Shown one piece after another: positions 16,344 through 24,442 of a stretch of DNA of 47,247 nucleotides. The notes under the pieces are model-generated. The model was not told the origin of the DNA. It searched no databases and saw only the letters and a list, made by a program, of their open reading frames with translations. The stretch's first letter is position 1. Every line of letters begins with the position of its first letter. A program made the position numbers and the translations under genes. This DNA is from a virus: positions 1-47,247 of the IMG/VR virus record IMGVR_UViG_3300003322_000883; one strand, given 5' to 3'.

Positions 16344-18518
16344 TCACCCCTTCGAATAGCGGTAGGCGCTGAAGCCCGCGGCGGCGAGCGGCAGGCCGGG
16401 GGCCCAGGTCGGTTGACGCGCCAGCAGTGCGGCGAGGCCGTCGCCAGTGAACTCATCGGTGTCGGGGGTCTCGGCCAGCCACTCGTCGTGAATCCCCAGC
16501 ACTAGCTCATAGCCGGCTTCCTCAATGCCTGGTGCGTTGCCGGCGAACACGTCGCGGGCAAAGCCCTGGGTGGCCTGCTCGGCCCCTTTCCCACCATAGG
16601 TGCGGATGCGACGCCACTGTCTCGAGTATTGGTCCACGCCAAAATAGGAGATGCCGTCTTCGTCCACACGTGGGTTGAGGTAGCACAGGTAGCGACCGCT
16701 GGGCAACCGGACGCGCAGCCACGCACCATCCCGGCGAACCTTGAGGTGCCGGCCCGCGCCGTAAACCACACCTGGGTTCTGAATCGCCTCGCGCATTGCG
16801 TCGTCGATGGCCTTCCACAGCGCAACGGTGGCGGGATGAGCTTCGCGCCAGCTCAGCACCAGGACCTCGCACGCGACCCACACGCGATCGCTCAAACCGT
16901 GGGTGCTCTTGCGCTGCTTCTTGAACCACGCAAGCATGTCCTGGGCACGTTCGATCATCTCGACCGACGCGGTAGCCCACACCGATTCCGCGAGCTCGTC
17001 GAGGTCCATGCCGTAGACCGCGGCGAACGTGATGAAGGCGGCAACGCCACCGCCGTAGCCCAGGCCAAGCTCCATGACCTTGCCGATTTGCCGCTGCGAC
17101 TTTCCCACCTCGCTCGGATCGATGTTGAAGGCCCGCGCGTAGGCCGCCACGTACAGGTCAGGGCCAGCGCGCAGCGCCTTGCCATTGTCGTCGTAGCCGG
17201 TGATGGTGTCGTAGTCCTTGAAGGCTTTGAGCTTCCAGTCTTCGTTGCCCAGAAAGGCCAGCCCGCGGCCTTCGATGTTGGCCAGGTCGGCCACACACAG
17301 CTTGCGGCCAGGTGGTGCCACGATGCAGCCCCGCACGAGGTTCGCGGTCAGCCCGATGATGTTGTTGAACGTCACGTCGACGAAACCACCCTTCAGTGCC
17401 GCCACGCCCTGGTCCAGATACTCAGGGAGGAAGTGCTCGGCGTCTTTGCGGGCGACATCGAAGTGCGCGGCCACGAGGTCCAAGTCAGGCCTTGGCTGGT
17501 TACCCGGCTGGAATCCGCGGTGTGCCCATCGGCCTGTACGAGATGCCCCACAGAACTGCGAGGTGTTCCTCATGCGACCGTCCGCACTCGTCATGTTCAA
17601 TGCGGCCTTGTACTTCGCGGTACTGGTCTTCGTGGCCTCCAGGCGCAGCGACAGCAGCAGCTTCACGCCCTCGGGCAGCTCGGGGTCCTCCATCCGCCGG
17701 CGCAGGGTGTCGGCGCGCATGTCGGGCAACTCGACGCCGTACTCGGCCAGGATGAACGTGAGCAGCTGGTCGCGCTTGGAGGGCGAGGACACCAGGCCGT
17801 CGGTCGCTTCCTGGGTCTCCTTCTTCAGCCGCGCCTGCTCCACGGCCACCGCGTCGATTGCAGCACGTGCCAGGTCCAGGTCCACAGCGAACCCGCGATC
17901 GTTGATGCGCTGGTCCAGATGCCACAGAGCAAGCTCGTCGTGGCCATCACGCATGTTCCAAGAAGGAAGCCGCTGATCACAAGCACGCATAGCCACAATA
18001 TCTTGAGCAGAGTAGGCCAAAAACTCCCCCCACTCTTCCGGGTGCGTTTCACGGGTGGCCCTCCGTAGCTTGCGGCCCTTCGGTTGCAACTTGCAAAACA
18101 GCTGGATGAGATCGCGGCCGCGCTTGTCCTTGGCCTTGTCGTCTTCGAGGCCGAGCACCGCGCCCACCTTGTCGAGGCCACCTGGCAGGCCGTGGGCCAG
18201 GGCCTTCACCATGGTGTCGCGCCAGCGCTCCACCGGCACGTCGACGCCCCAGCAGCGCCGCAACAACGTGCGGTCGAATGCCGAGTTATGAGCCACGACA
18301 TGGACTCGGGGGTCGGCCAGCAAGTCGCGCAGTTCGTGGGCTGGGGGGTAGTGGCGCCAGTACTCTTCGGTGCAGTCGATGACAACCGGTTCGCCGTCGT
18401 CGATCGCGTACTGCGCCACGATGATCTCGGTGCTCTCGTGCTCTGCGTACCGATGCGTGCTGTGCGCCTTGAGGTCGCACTCGCTGAAGGTCTCGCAGTC
18501 AAACCAGAGCGTTCTCAT
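16344..18518 (-). CDS. Family A DNA polymerase with 3'-5' exonuclease domain
   Basis: 'WFDCETFS' (Exo I), 'HNSAFDRTLL' (Exo II), 'CVADLANIEGRGLAFL' (motif A), 'QRQIGKVMELGLGYGGG' (motif B), 'LVLGIHDEWLAE' (motif C). Confidence 0.9.
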   Translation of the reverse strand: MRTLWFDCETFSECDLKAHSTHRYAEHESTEIIVAQYAIDDGEPVVIDCTEEYWRHYPPAHELRDLLADPRVHVVAHNSAFDRTLLRRCWGVDVPVERWRDTMVKALAHGLPGGLDKVGAVLGLEDDKAKDKRGRDLIQLFCKLQPKGRKLRRATRETHPEEWGEFLAYSAQDIVAMRACDQRLPSWNMRDGHDELALWHLDQRINDRGFAVDLDLARAAIDAVAVEQARLKKETQEATDGLVSSPSKRDQLLTFILAEYGVELPDMRADTLRRRMEDPELPEGVKLLLSLRLEATKTSTAKYKAALNMTSADGRMRNTSQFCGASRTGRWAHRGFQPGNQPRPDLDLVAAHFDVARKDAEHFLPEYLDQGVAALKGGFVDVTFNNIIGLTANLVRGCIVAPPGRKLCVADLANIEGRGLAFLGNEDWKLKAFKDYDTITGYDDNGKALRAGPDLYVAAYARAFNIDPSEVGKSQRQIGKVMELGLGYGGGVAAFITFAAVYGMDLDELAESVWATASVEMIERAQDMLAWFKKQRKSTHGLSDRVWVACEVLVLSWREAHPATVALWKAIDDAMREAIQNPGVVYGAGRHLKVRRDGAWLRVRLPSGRYLCYLNPRVDEDGISYFGVDQYSRQWRRIRTYGGKGAEQATQGFARDVFAGNAPGIEEAGYELVLGIHDEWLAETPDTDEFTGDGLAALLARQPTWAPGLPLAAAGFSAYRYSKG

Positions 18519-18705
18519 GTTCGTGTGTAGGCCCGTTCCCGAGCATCAGCTGCCAATCTAGTTACCCGCCAGCAGCAGGAATCTCAACGCGCGGAGGTGG
18601 TCATTTCCCCCGGGGCACCTCGGTGCACGTCTATGCTCGGGCTTCGTCCCTCGTGGGCCTGGGCGAAGGTGTGAAATGCTGGCGCCCCTGTATTCGGAGC
18701 AGAGA

Positions 18706-18726
18706 CGGGGCGGCACCGCCGCCCCG
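18706..18726 (-). terminator. GC-rich hairpin after the SSB gene (weak terminator candidate, no U-tract)
   Basis: CGGGGCGGC-ACC-GCCGCCCCG at 18706-18726, in the 214-nt gap between the SSB and polymerase genes. Confidence 0.3.
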
Positions 18727-18732
18727 AAACCG

Positions 18733-19308
18733 TCAGGCGAAGTCCTCGGCGCCCGCGCCCTCGGTGACTTCCTCGAACTCGTCCGAGTCCGCCGGGCGGC
18801 CGGCGGCGAAGGCATCGCCGTCGCGCAGGAACTGCACCCCGCGCAGCTGAGCCGAGAGGCCCACGCCCTGCTGGTTGTACATGAAGAAGTCGATGGAGGC
18901 GTTGACGTAGCAGCCGGCGTACGGCTTGCCATCGTTCGGGCCCAGCGGGCTCTTGAGACCGTCGATCACCAGCGGACGCACGTCACTCTTGGCCGACAGG
19001 GCCATCATTCCGGCGTAGCCATCGTAGGACTTGTTGTCGCCGTCCTGCCAGCAGAACTTGTTCGCGTTGGTGGCGGTGGCCGCGATGAACTTCTTGGCCT
19101 TGGCCTGGTCGCCCTTGAAGTAGTCGGTGACCACGCGCAGGATCACGGCGTCGACCTTCTTGCGCAGGTCGCTGTCCTGGGGCACCAGCAGGGTGGCCTT
19201 GAACTTGGGCTTGTCGCCCGGCTTGAAGGCCTCGGCCTCGAACAGGGCCGGGAACGAGAGACGGACGTTGGGCAGCGAGATGCGGCCCACAGGGGTTGCT
19301 TGGGTCAT
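18733..19308 (-). CDS. ssDNA-binding protein, T7 gp2.5-like (DUF2815)
   Basis: 'GRISLPNVRLSFPALFEAEAF' N-terminus and an acidic C-terminal tail ending 'EEVTEGAGAEDFA'. AAGGAGG lies upstream. It sits between the DUF2800 and PolA genes. Confidence 0.75.
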   Translation of the reverse strand: MTQATPVGRISLPNVRLSFPALFEAEAFKPGDKPKFKATLLVPQDSDLRKKVDAVILRVVTDYFKGDQAKAKKFIAATATNANKFCWQDGDNKSYDGYAGMMALSAKSDVRPLVIDGLKSPLGPNDGKPYAGCYVNASIDFFMYNQQGVGLSAQLRGVQFLRDGDAFAAGRPADSDEFEEVTEGAGAEDFA

Positions 19309-19322
19309 GGTGTTGGCCCTCC

Positions 19323-20708
19323 TTAGGCCAGGTCGTTGAAGTCGGGTTCGGCCGTCACGGTGTCGAACTCATCCACCACCGGTGTGACGGCCAGGGCCGG
19401 GCGGGGATCGGAAAGAGGTGCGACGTGCTTCTTGGCAGGCGCGCGGGTGATATGGGTCTGCAGCTGCTGCCACTGGCGCGGGCCCAGCGGCGTCTTCGGC
19501 GCGGCCTCTCCTTTCTTCAGCTTCTTGGGCGGCGCGAGCTTCTCGGCACTGGTCGGGCTGATGAGCTTGAAGTCGTACATCTCCTCCTGCTTCAGGCGCA
19601 TCGTCTTGAGCAGCGCCTCGACTGCCTTCTCGTCGGTCCACGCGCGGTTGCCCTGCTTGCCCTCGACCAGCTTGAAGCCGGGCACGGTCTCGCCGGCCAG
19701 CATGCGGCGCTCGGTCTCGGCGCGCACGGCCTTGCACCAGTCCTCGATCAGGTCGACCTTGCCCAGGCATGCGGCGAGCCATTCGTTGGCGAAGGCGTTG
19801 GGCTCGATGACCAGCGTCTCGGCTGCGAACTCGTCAGGCGATGCGGTGCTGTCGCTGCGCCCATAGATCGTGTCGTGCACCTCCTCGCGCAGCGCCGGGC
19901 ACGTGGCCTTCGCGCGGCAGAACTTGCACGACTTCTCGTTGGGGCGCAGGTACTCGGCCAGTTCCTCGTGACGCAGCTCGGCGTCTTGGCACACCTGCAC
20001 CGCCTGGCGCGCTTCGCTCGCGGCCCACTGCTCGAGCTCGGCCACGCTGAGGTCGTACTCGCTGGGCTTCACCGTCACGCGCGGCTGGCTGATGACCAGG
20101 CGCACGCGCTGGAAGTCGCCGAACTCCTTGAACTCGGCCAGCGCGCCCAGGCCGTACAGCGCCAGCTGCGGGTTGGGCTTGCGCACGCCGGCCGTGATGT
20201 CGCCGTTGACGTAGGCCGCGTCCACGTAGACGATGCTGCCGGCGCCGAGCTTGACATCCTCGCCCGCGCTCACCTCCACGCCCATGCCGTACTTGAAGTC
20301 GATGACGATGATCTCGCCGTCGAGCATCAGCACGGCCACGTCGAGCGTGCCCCAGGCGTCGGTCTCGGGCACGCCGAGGTAGCGGCTGTAGTTCACCTTG
20401 CGATCGACCAGGATGACGCCGTGCTCGCCGGCCACGTCGTGCACGTAGTCGAGGCACACCTGGACGTGGCGGGCCATGTCGTCGGTGACGTCGAACGTGA
20501 AGCCGTCGGTCTTGATCACGCGGCCGATGTAGGCGCTGGCCGGGCGGTCGTCTTGCAGCGCCCAGGTCAGCACCTGATGCGCCGCCGTGCCCTCGGCCGC
20601 GTAGCTGCTCGTGCGGTCGGGCAGGCCCTGTTCGAGCACGCGCTTGCCCGGGCACAGCATGATGGCCTCGAACCCGGAGGCAGGCCAGGAGCTGTGTGCT
20701 TCAGGCAT
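19323..20708 (-). CDS. PD-(D/E)xK nuclease, DUF2800 / Cas4-like with an Fe-S cysteine cluster
   Basis: 'IMLCPGK' near the N-terminus plus 'CKFCRAKATCPA' give a four-Cys pattern. 'IVIDFKYGMGVEV' is the nuclease core. It sits in the canonical DUF2800-DUF2815-PolA module. Confidence 0.75.
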   Translation of the reverse strand: MPEAHSSWPASGFEAIMLCPGKRVLEQGLPDRTSSYAAEGTAAHQVLTWALQDDRPASAYIGRVIKTDGFTFDVTDDMARHVQVCLDYVHDVAGEHGVILVDRKVNYSRYLGVPETDAWGTLDVAVLMLDGEIIVIDFKYGMGVEVSAGEDVKLGAGSIVYVDAAYVNGDITAGVRKPNPQLALYGLGALAEFKEFGDFQRVRLVISQPRVTVKPSEYDLSVAELEQWAASEARQAVQVCQDAELRHEELAEYLRPNEKSCKFCRAKATCPALREEVHDTIYGRSDSTASPDEFAAETLVIEPNAFANEWLAACLGKVDLIEDWCKAVRAETERRMLAGETVPGFKLVEGKQGNRAWTDEKAVEALLKTMRLKQEEMYDFKLISPTSAEKLAPPKKLKKGEAAPKTPLGPRQWQQLQTHITRAPAKKHVAPLSDPRPALAVTPVVDEFDTVTAEPDFNDLA

Positions 20709-20967
20709 CGCGCGCCTCCCGTGCGGCGAGCATCGCGTCGGCCAGTTGGTAGCACTCGCCGGCGAACTTGCCGTAGTTGGACGGCTGCATGTGGACGCGA
20801 TAGCTGATCATCGCGACCATGGCGTCGCGTGCGATCTCGTCGCGGGCGGTGGCGGTCACTTCCTGCACGGCGAGGCGGGTGTGCTCCGCGAGCCAGTGCT
20901 TCGCCTTCGCGCGGTCCATCTCGCCGGCCAGGAGCATCGCCAGGATGTCGTCGATGGTGGGGATCAC
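20701..20967 (-). CDS. Hypothetical protein (88 aa)
   Basis: GTG 20967 overlaps the upstream stop (GTGA). Overlap-coupled on both sides. Confidence 0.5.
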   Translation of the reverse strand: MIPTIDDILAMLLAGEMDRAKAKHWLAEHTRLAVQEVTATARDEIARDAMVAMISYRVHMQPSNYGKFAGECYQLADAMLAAREARDA

Positions 20968-21278
20968 GAGGCGCCTCCCGTCAGCTCACGCACGCCGGCA
21001 TGCGCGCGGCGCAGCGCCTTCAGCTGCTTCAGGAACTGGCGCCGGCCGAGACCTGCCACCAGGTCGCGACGCTCGCGGCGCTTCTGGTCGGTACGGTGCT
21101 GGCCCAGCCACCAGTGCACCCAATTCGGGGGCGGCAGGCCGGGAAGCGGGATGTACGGTGCCTGCTTCGGGCCTTCGGTCGCGATCCGCACCACGGCCTG
21201 GCTGCGGGCGCGGCGCTGGCGGTAGGCGGCCATGGGCTCACCAGGCAGTCGCTCGGGGGTGTGCAGCCCGGCCATCAC
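20964..21278 (-). CDS. Hypothetical basic protein (about 104 aa)
   Basis: GTG 21278 or ATG 21275 overlaps the upstream stop. Motif: 'PNWVHWWLGQHRTDQKRRERRD'. Confidence 0.5.
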   Translation of the reverse strand: MMAGLHTPERLPGEPMAAYRQRRARSQAVVRIATEGPKQAPYIPLPGLPPPNWVHWWLGQHRTDQKRRERRDLVAGLGRRQFLKQLKALRRAHAGVRELTGGAS

Positions 21279-21700
21279 GCGGGCACCTCCAGCTCGGCCA
21301 GCTTCTCCTGCACGGCGGCCAGGGCGGCGCGGCGCTTGCCTTCGGGCAGGTCCTTCATCGACTTCACGCCGAACTGCGCGTTGACGGCACCGGCGGCTTC
21401 GCGGCTGACGGCGGCCAGCTTGAACACGGCCTTCTGCAGCACCTCGTAGGCCAGGGGCTCGTCAGCTGCCGGCTGGGAGGGTGCATCGTCCTTCGGCTTG
21501 GCAGATGCCGAGTCGGCGGCAGGGGTGGCAGCGGACGAAGCCGCCTGGGGCTTGTCCGCCGCGGGCGGGGGGCTGGCGGGCTTCTCCTTCGGGGCGGGCG
21601 CCTTCGCGACGCTCGCATGCTGGATGTCCACCTCGGGCAGGCTGCGCAAGGCGGCCACGGCCTTGTCGATGCTGTCGAAGGTCAGGGTTACTTGGATCAC
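21275..21700 (-). CDS. Hypothetical protein with an Ala/Pro-rich linker; first gene of a leftward operon
   Basis: AGGAG lies 7 nt before GTG 21700 ('VIQVTLTFDSIDKAV'). The track ORF extends spuriously to 21871. Confidence 0.55.
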   Translation of the reverse strand: MIQVTLTFDSIDKAVAALRSLPEVDIQHASVAKAPAPKEKPASPPPAADKPQAASSAATPAADSASAKPKDDAPSQPAADEPLAYEVLQKAVFKLAAVSREAAGAVNAQFGVKSMKDLPEGKRRAALAAVQEKLAELEVPA

Positions 21701-21742
21701 AGTGGGGCTCCTGGTGGGGGTTGAACTAGCAGGGAAGTTTAC

Positions 21743-21758
21743 TTTAGCATCTGCTAAA
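21743..21758 (-). promoter_or_regulatory. Operator/promoter palindrome TTTAGCA-TC-TGCTAAA (copy b)
   Basis: Perfect palindrome arms, 43 nt upstream of GTG 21700. The - strand reads TGCTAAAGT (extended -10-like). It overlaps the TAG stop of the upstream gene. Confidence 0.55.
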
Positions 21759-22245
21759 GCGTTGGGCAAATGAAGATTTCGGGGTCGACCCACAGCACGC
21801 CGACATGGCGCACCGTACGGTCGGGCTGGATTTCGACGACGTGCAGGCCTGCGCGGACAATGCCATACCACACCAATCCATCGCGGTACTTCAGACCTGT
21901 CAACACAGCATTCAGGCTGATCGGAGGATTGCTCTTGCCGTCATGCTCGATCCACTCCCCGGCCTGCGTGGCTGGCTTGGAGGGTGGGGCGGCTTCGGGT
22001 GATGCGCGCTCAGTGCATGTGGCCCCGCTTCCCGGCACCGTGGCCGCCCCATTGAACTTGTCTAGAAGCGAATCCAGCCGGGCCAGTTTCGTCATCGCAC
22101 CCGTATCGAGGCGATCCTTCTCCCGATCCGCTTGCTCTTGCTCAGGAGTGCGACGCTCTCCCTCCACCTTCTCTGCCTTCGATGTCGGGGGACTGTCGTT
22201 CAGGAGGAGGGCGAGGGGAGGCCAGCCGGGGGTGAAGTGGGTCAT
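21754..22245 (-). CDS. Hypothetical protein (163 aa)
   Basis: ORF with moderately lower G+C than the backbone. Its start abuts the upstream stop. Confidence 0.5.
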   Translation of the reverse strand: MTHFTPGWPPLALLLNDSPPTSKAEKVEGERRTPEQEQADREKDRLDTGAMTKLARLDSLLDKFNGAATVPGSGATCTERASPEAAPPSKPATQAGEWIEHDGKSNPPISLNAVLTGLKYRDGLVWYGIVRAGLHVVEIQPDRTVRHVGVLWVDPEIFICPTL

Positions 22246-22246
22246 G

Positions 22247-22654
22247 TCAGTTCTCCTCTTCTTCGTTCAGTTGTTTGGCCCAAGCTTTGAAGTCTTTGGG
22301 GTCACCGTCGAACGTCTTGCCGTAGCCTTCGCACACGAAGCGGATGCTGTTGACGCAGTAGTTTTCATCCTTCGAGAGCCGGATTTCGTAGTTGTATTCC
22401 TCGCGCTGGTCTTCCCGGCCGGTGATGTACCAGAGGCCCGCTTTGTCCTTGAGATGCGCGACCAGTTGGGCAGCAAAACACTGCGGCCCGTTGAAAACCT
22501 TGCTGTCCCCTCCGATGCCATTCACGAACGGGCGCGACACCATGAACTCGGCAAGCTGCTCGCCGACGCCTTCGGGGTAGCCATCGAACTGGCAGTACAG
22601 AGCAAGCAGCATGTGCTCGCCGTCATAGATGCGGGTGGTAGAACGGGTTCCCAT
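22247..22654 (-). CDS. Hypothetical acidic-tailed protein (135 aa)
   Basis: GAGGAA lies upstream of ATG 22654 ('MGTRSTTRIYDGEHMLLALYCQFDGYPEGVG'). It ends in 'NEEEEN'. G+C is clearly lower than in the backbone. Confidence 0.6.
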   Translation of the reverse strand: MGTRSTTRIYDGEHMLLALYCQFDGYPEGVGEQLAEFMVSRPFVNGIGGDSKVFNGPQCFAAQLVAHLKDKAGLWYITGREDQREEYNYEIRLSKDENYCVNSIRFVCEGYGKTFDGDPKDFKAWAKQLNEEEEN

Positions 22655-22697
22655 CTCATTCCTCGTCAGTTGCTTCGTAAGCCGCTCAGCGGGCGGG

Positions 22698-23198
22698 TCA
22701 GTCGCTGTAGCTGCTGCTGCTCGAACTGCTGCTGTCGCTGGAGTAGCTGGACGACGAGTCGTAGGACGAGCTGCTGTCGTAGCTCGGGCTCGGCGACGGG
22801 CTGGGCGATTCCCACGACCCCGACGCGCCAGCGCCGCCGAAGTCGCCGCCACCACCGGAGGAGAACGAGGGAGCCGGGCACGGCGGCTCGTATCGGTGGG
22901 ACTGCATGCTGTTCATGAGCATGGCTGCCATCACCATGTCGGTGCCGCTGGTCTCGGTGCGCGTGGTCGAGACGGGCGGCGGCACGACGTAGCTCGCGGG
23001 GCTGGGAGCCGGCGAGGCTGCCGCGAAGTGGCGGACCGGAGCCGAGTACAGCTGCGCTCGCTGGCGGATGCTTTCCTGCCTCCGCGCTTGCCGCGCCTTG
23101 TCCATGATCTCGTCCAACTCCTTGAGCTTCCGCGCGTTGCGTTCGCGGTCACGGCGAACAGACGGGATCAGGTTCGTGATGTAGGTCCACAGGCTCAT
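22698..23198 (-). CDS. Hypothetical protein with a Gly-rich 'GGGGDFGGAGASGSW' motif and a Ser/Tyr/Asp low-complexity tail
   Basis: AAGGAGAA lies 4 nt before ATG 23198. The C-terminus is 'SPSPSPSPSYDSSSSYDSSSSYSSDSSSSSSSSYSD'. Confidence 0.6.
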   Translation of the reverse strand: MSLWTYITNLIPSVRRDRERNARKLKELDEIMDKARQARRQESIRQRAQLYSAPVRHFAAASPAPSPASYVVPPPVSTTRTETSGTDMVMAAMLMNSMQSHRYEPPCPAPSFSSGGGGDFGGAGASGSWESPSPSPSPSYDSSSSYDSSSSYSSDSSSSSSSSYSD

Positions 23199-23237
23199 GT
23201 CGTTCTCCTTGAGGTTGTCAGGGGGCGGCGGGGTGTG

Positions 23238-23327
23238 TCACTTCGGCCGGCGCCCCAGCGCATGCAGCACCAGCGCGATGAGGTAGCCGAGGATGTCGAT
23301 CAGGGCGTCGAACAGGCGGGCGATCAC
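23238..23327 (-). CDS. Possible 29-aa hydrophobic peptide
   Basis: GTG 23327 overlaps the upstream stop (GTGA). Sequence: 'VIARLFDALIDILGYLIALVLHALGRRPK'. Confidence 0.3.
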   Translation of the reverse strand: MIARLFDALIDILGYLIALVLHALGRRPK

Positions 23328-23680
23328 GACTGGCTCCCGGTAGCCTTGGCGATGGCGGAGAGCTGGCGGATCACCTCGACTGCGTGGCGCAGCGTCTCCT
23401 TGGAGACTTCTGCATGGTTCGCCCACATGGGGTCGTCAGCACAGTCGTTCAGCGTATCGACGAGCGAGTCAACGGTGCCCACCAGCGAGAACCTGAAAAG
23501 CGCGGCGTATGCATCGGCTTCGGTCTCAAAGATGCGCATCGGGTGGGCGCCGTCATTCGTGGCGACCCCGTTCGGAAGCATCCAGCAGCCATGCGCCGGA
23601 TCATCTCGGAACATGACAAACCCGTGCAATTGCGGGCGAACTGACCATTGCGGCCCCGGCGTGTGCTTCGTCGTGCTCAT
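23324..23680 (-). CDS. Hypothetical protein (118 aa), first gene after the PL-like operator
   Basis: GAGG lies 8 nt before ATG 23680 ('MSTTKHTPGPQW'). Confidence 0.55.
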   Translation of the reverse strand: MSTTKHTPGPQWSVRPQLHGFVMFRDDPAHGCWMLPNGVATNDGAHPMRIFETEADAYAALFRFSLVGTVDSLVDTLNDCADDPMWANHAEVSKETLRHAVEVIRQLSAIAKATGSQS

Positions 23681-23716
23681 GTTCATCACCTCACGTTTGC
23701 GATTCGGTAAAGACAC

Positions 23717-23732
23717 TTTAGCACGTGCTAAA
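23717..23732 (-). promoter_or_regulatory. Operator/promoter palindrome TTTAGCA-CG-TGCTAAA (copy c, OL/PL-like)
   Basis: Perfect 16-bp palindrome between the repressor-like gene and the first leftward early gene. The - strand reads TGCTAAAGT. Downstream CTTTACCGAATC matches copy a at identical spacing. Confidence 0.6.
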
Positions 23733-23742
23733 GATGCGTGCG

Positions 23743-23771
23743 AAAGAAAAGGCTAGGGGTTTACCCTAACC
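23743..23771 (-). terminator. Candidate intrinsic terminator after the repressor-like gene
   Basis: On the - strand, an imperfect hairpin (GGTTAGGGT/ACCCCTAGCC) is followed by TTTTCTTT. Confidence 0.4.
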
Positions 23772-23778
23772 TTGCGGG

Positions 23779-24273
23779 TCAGTTCCCGCCCAGGAGCTTG
23801 ACTAGGCGCTGCACGTACGGCTGGTCGAGCTTGCTGGTGAGCTGCTGGTGCTCGTAGACCAGCGTCACCATCTCAGCGAACGCGTCGGCGCCTGGGTTCA
23901 CCTGGGCCTCACGCACGGCCGTCACCACGGCGCGCACGCTCTCACGCAGCTGGTTCTCGTCCGGGGGACGTACAGGCGGGCCCTGCACCTTCACCGCGGG
24001 CTTGGCCGCCGGCTTCGCAGCACCGTGGTCCTCGCTGATCCAGCCGTCGGGCAGCTGCAGCTTCTGCTCGATCTCTTCGGCCACCTTCTCGCTGATCTTG
24101 CGAGAGGGCCGAGGCCCTGCCACCTGGGACAGGAACGATCCGTTGGAGTGCCCCAGCTTGAGCGCCAGGGAGGTGGGTCCGCCGAACTGGCGGATCAGGG
24201 CCCGCAGGTTCGCGAGCCTGATTTCGTAGAGGGTGGATGTCGGCACGATGCCGGGGAGGGTAGCGAGGAGCAT
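23779..24273 (-). CDS. CI-like HTH repressor candidate (no S24 peptidase domain recognised)
   Basis: 'LANLRALIRQFGGPTSLALKLGHSNGSFLSQVAG...ISEKVAEEIEQKLQLPDGWI' is the classic phage repressor HTH plus 'GW(L/I)' ending. It is divergent from a Cro-like gene across an AT-richer 199-nt gap. Confidence 0.6.
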   Translation of the reverse strand: MLLATLPGIVPTSTLYEIRLANLRALIRQFGGPTSLALKLGHSNGSFLSQVAGPRPSRKISEKVAEEIEQKLQLPDGWISEDHGAAKPAAKPAVKVQGPPVRPPDENQLRESVRAVVTAVREAQVNPGADAFAEMVTLVYEHQQLTSKLDQPYVQRLVKLLGGN

Positions 24274-24278
24274 GGTGG

Positions 24279-24295
24279 TTTAGCAAATTGGTAAG
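24279..24295. promoter_or_regulatory. Degenerate operator copy d (TTTAGCA-AAT-TGGTAAG)
   Basis: The left half-site is perfect and the right half matches 5/7 with a 3-nt spacer. It abuts the repressor start codon. Confidence 0.35.
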
Positions 24296-24424
24296 AAAAC
24301 TACGCATAGAGCTAATTGTGTGCCTGAGTGACTACCCACGTAACCACGCATCCTAGGGGGCTCATCCAGGTAAACCCTACAGTAAACATTGCCTTCAGCA
24401 GGTAAGCGCGACTTGCCTCAATTC

Positions 24425-24442
24425 TTTAGCAACTAGTAAAGT
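24425..24442 (+). promoter_or_regulatory. Degenerate operator copy e (TTTAGCA-AC-TAGTAAA) with a -10-like TAAAGT for the rightward operon
   Basis: The left half-site is perfect and the right half matches 5/7. TAAAGT at 24437-24442 lies 30 nt upstream of the Cro-like ATG. Confidence 0.4.

Noticed and set aside
18519-18732. Hidden gene or ncRNA in the 214-nt gap between the SSB and polymerase genes
   Set aside because: I found no ORF with an SD and no operator or late-box copy. There is only a GC hairpin without a U-tract and a weak TTGAGA-N17-TAACTA promoter-like match, which is not enough evidence for a call.
24271-24295. Leaderless repressor mRNA from a TGCTAAAC -10-like element abutting the ATG
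   Set aside because: The hexamer TAAACC lacks the conserved final T. It ends only 3 nt before the ATG, which is too close for a start site at or before the start codon.
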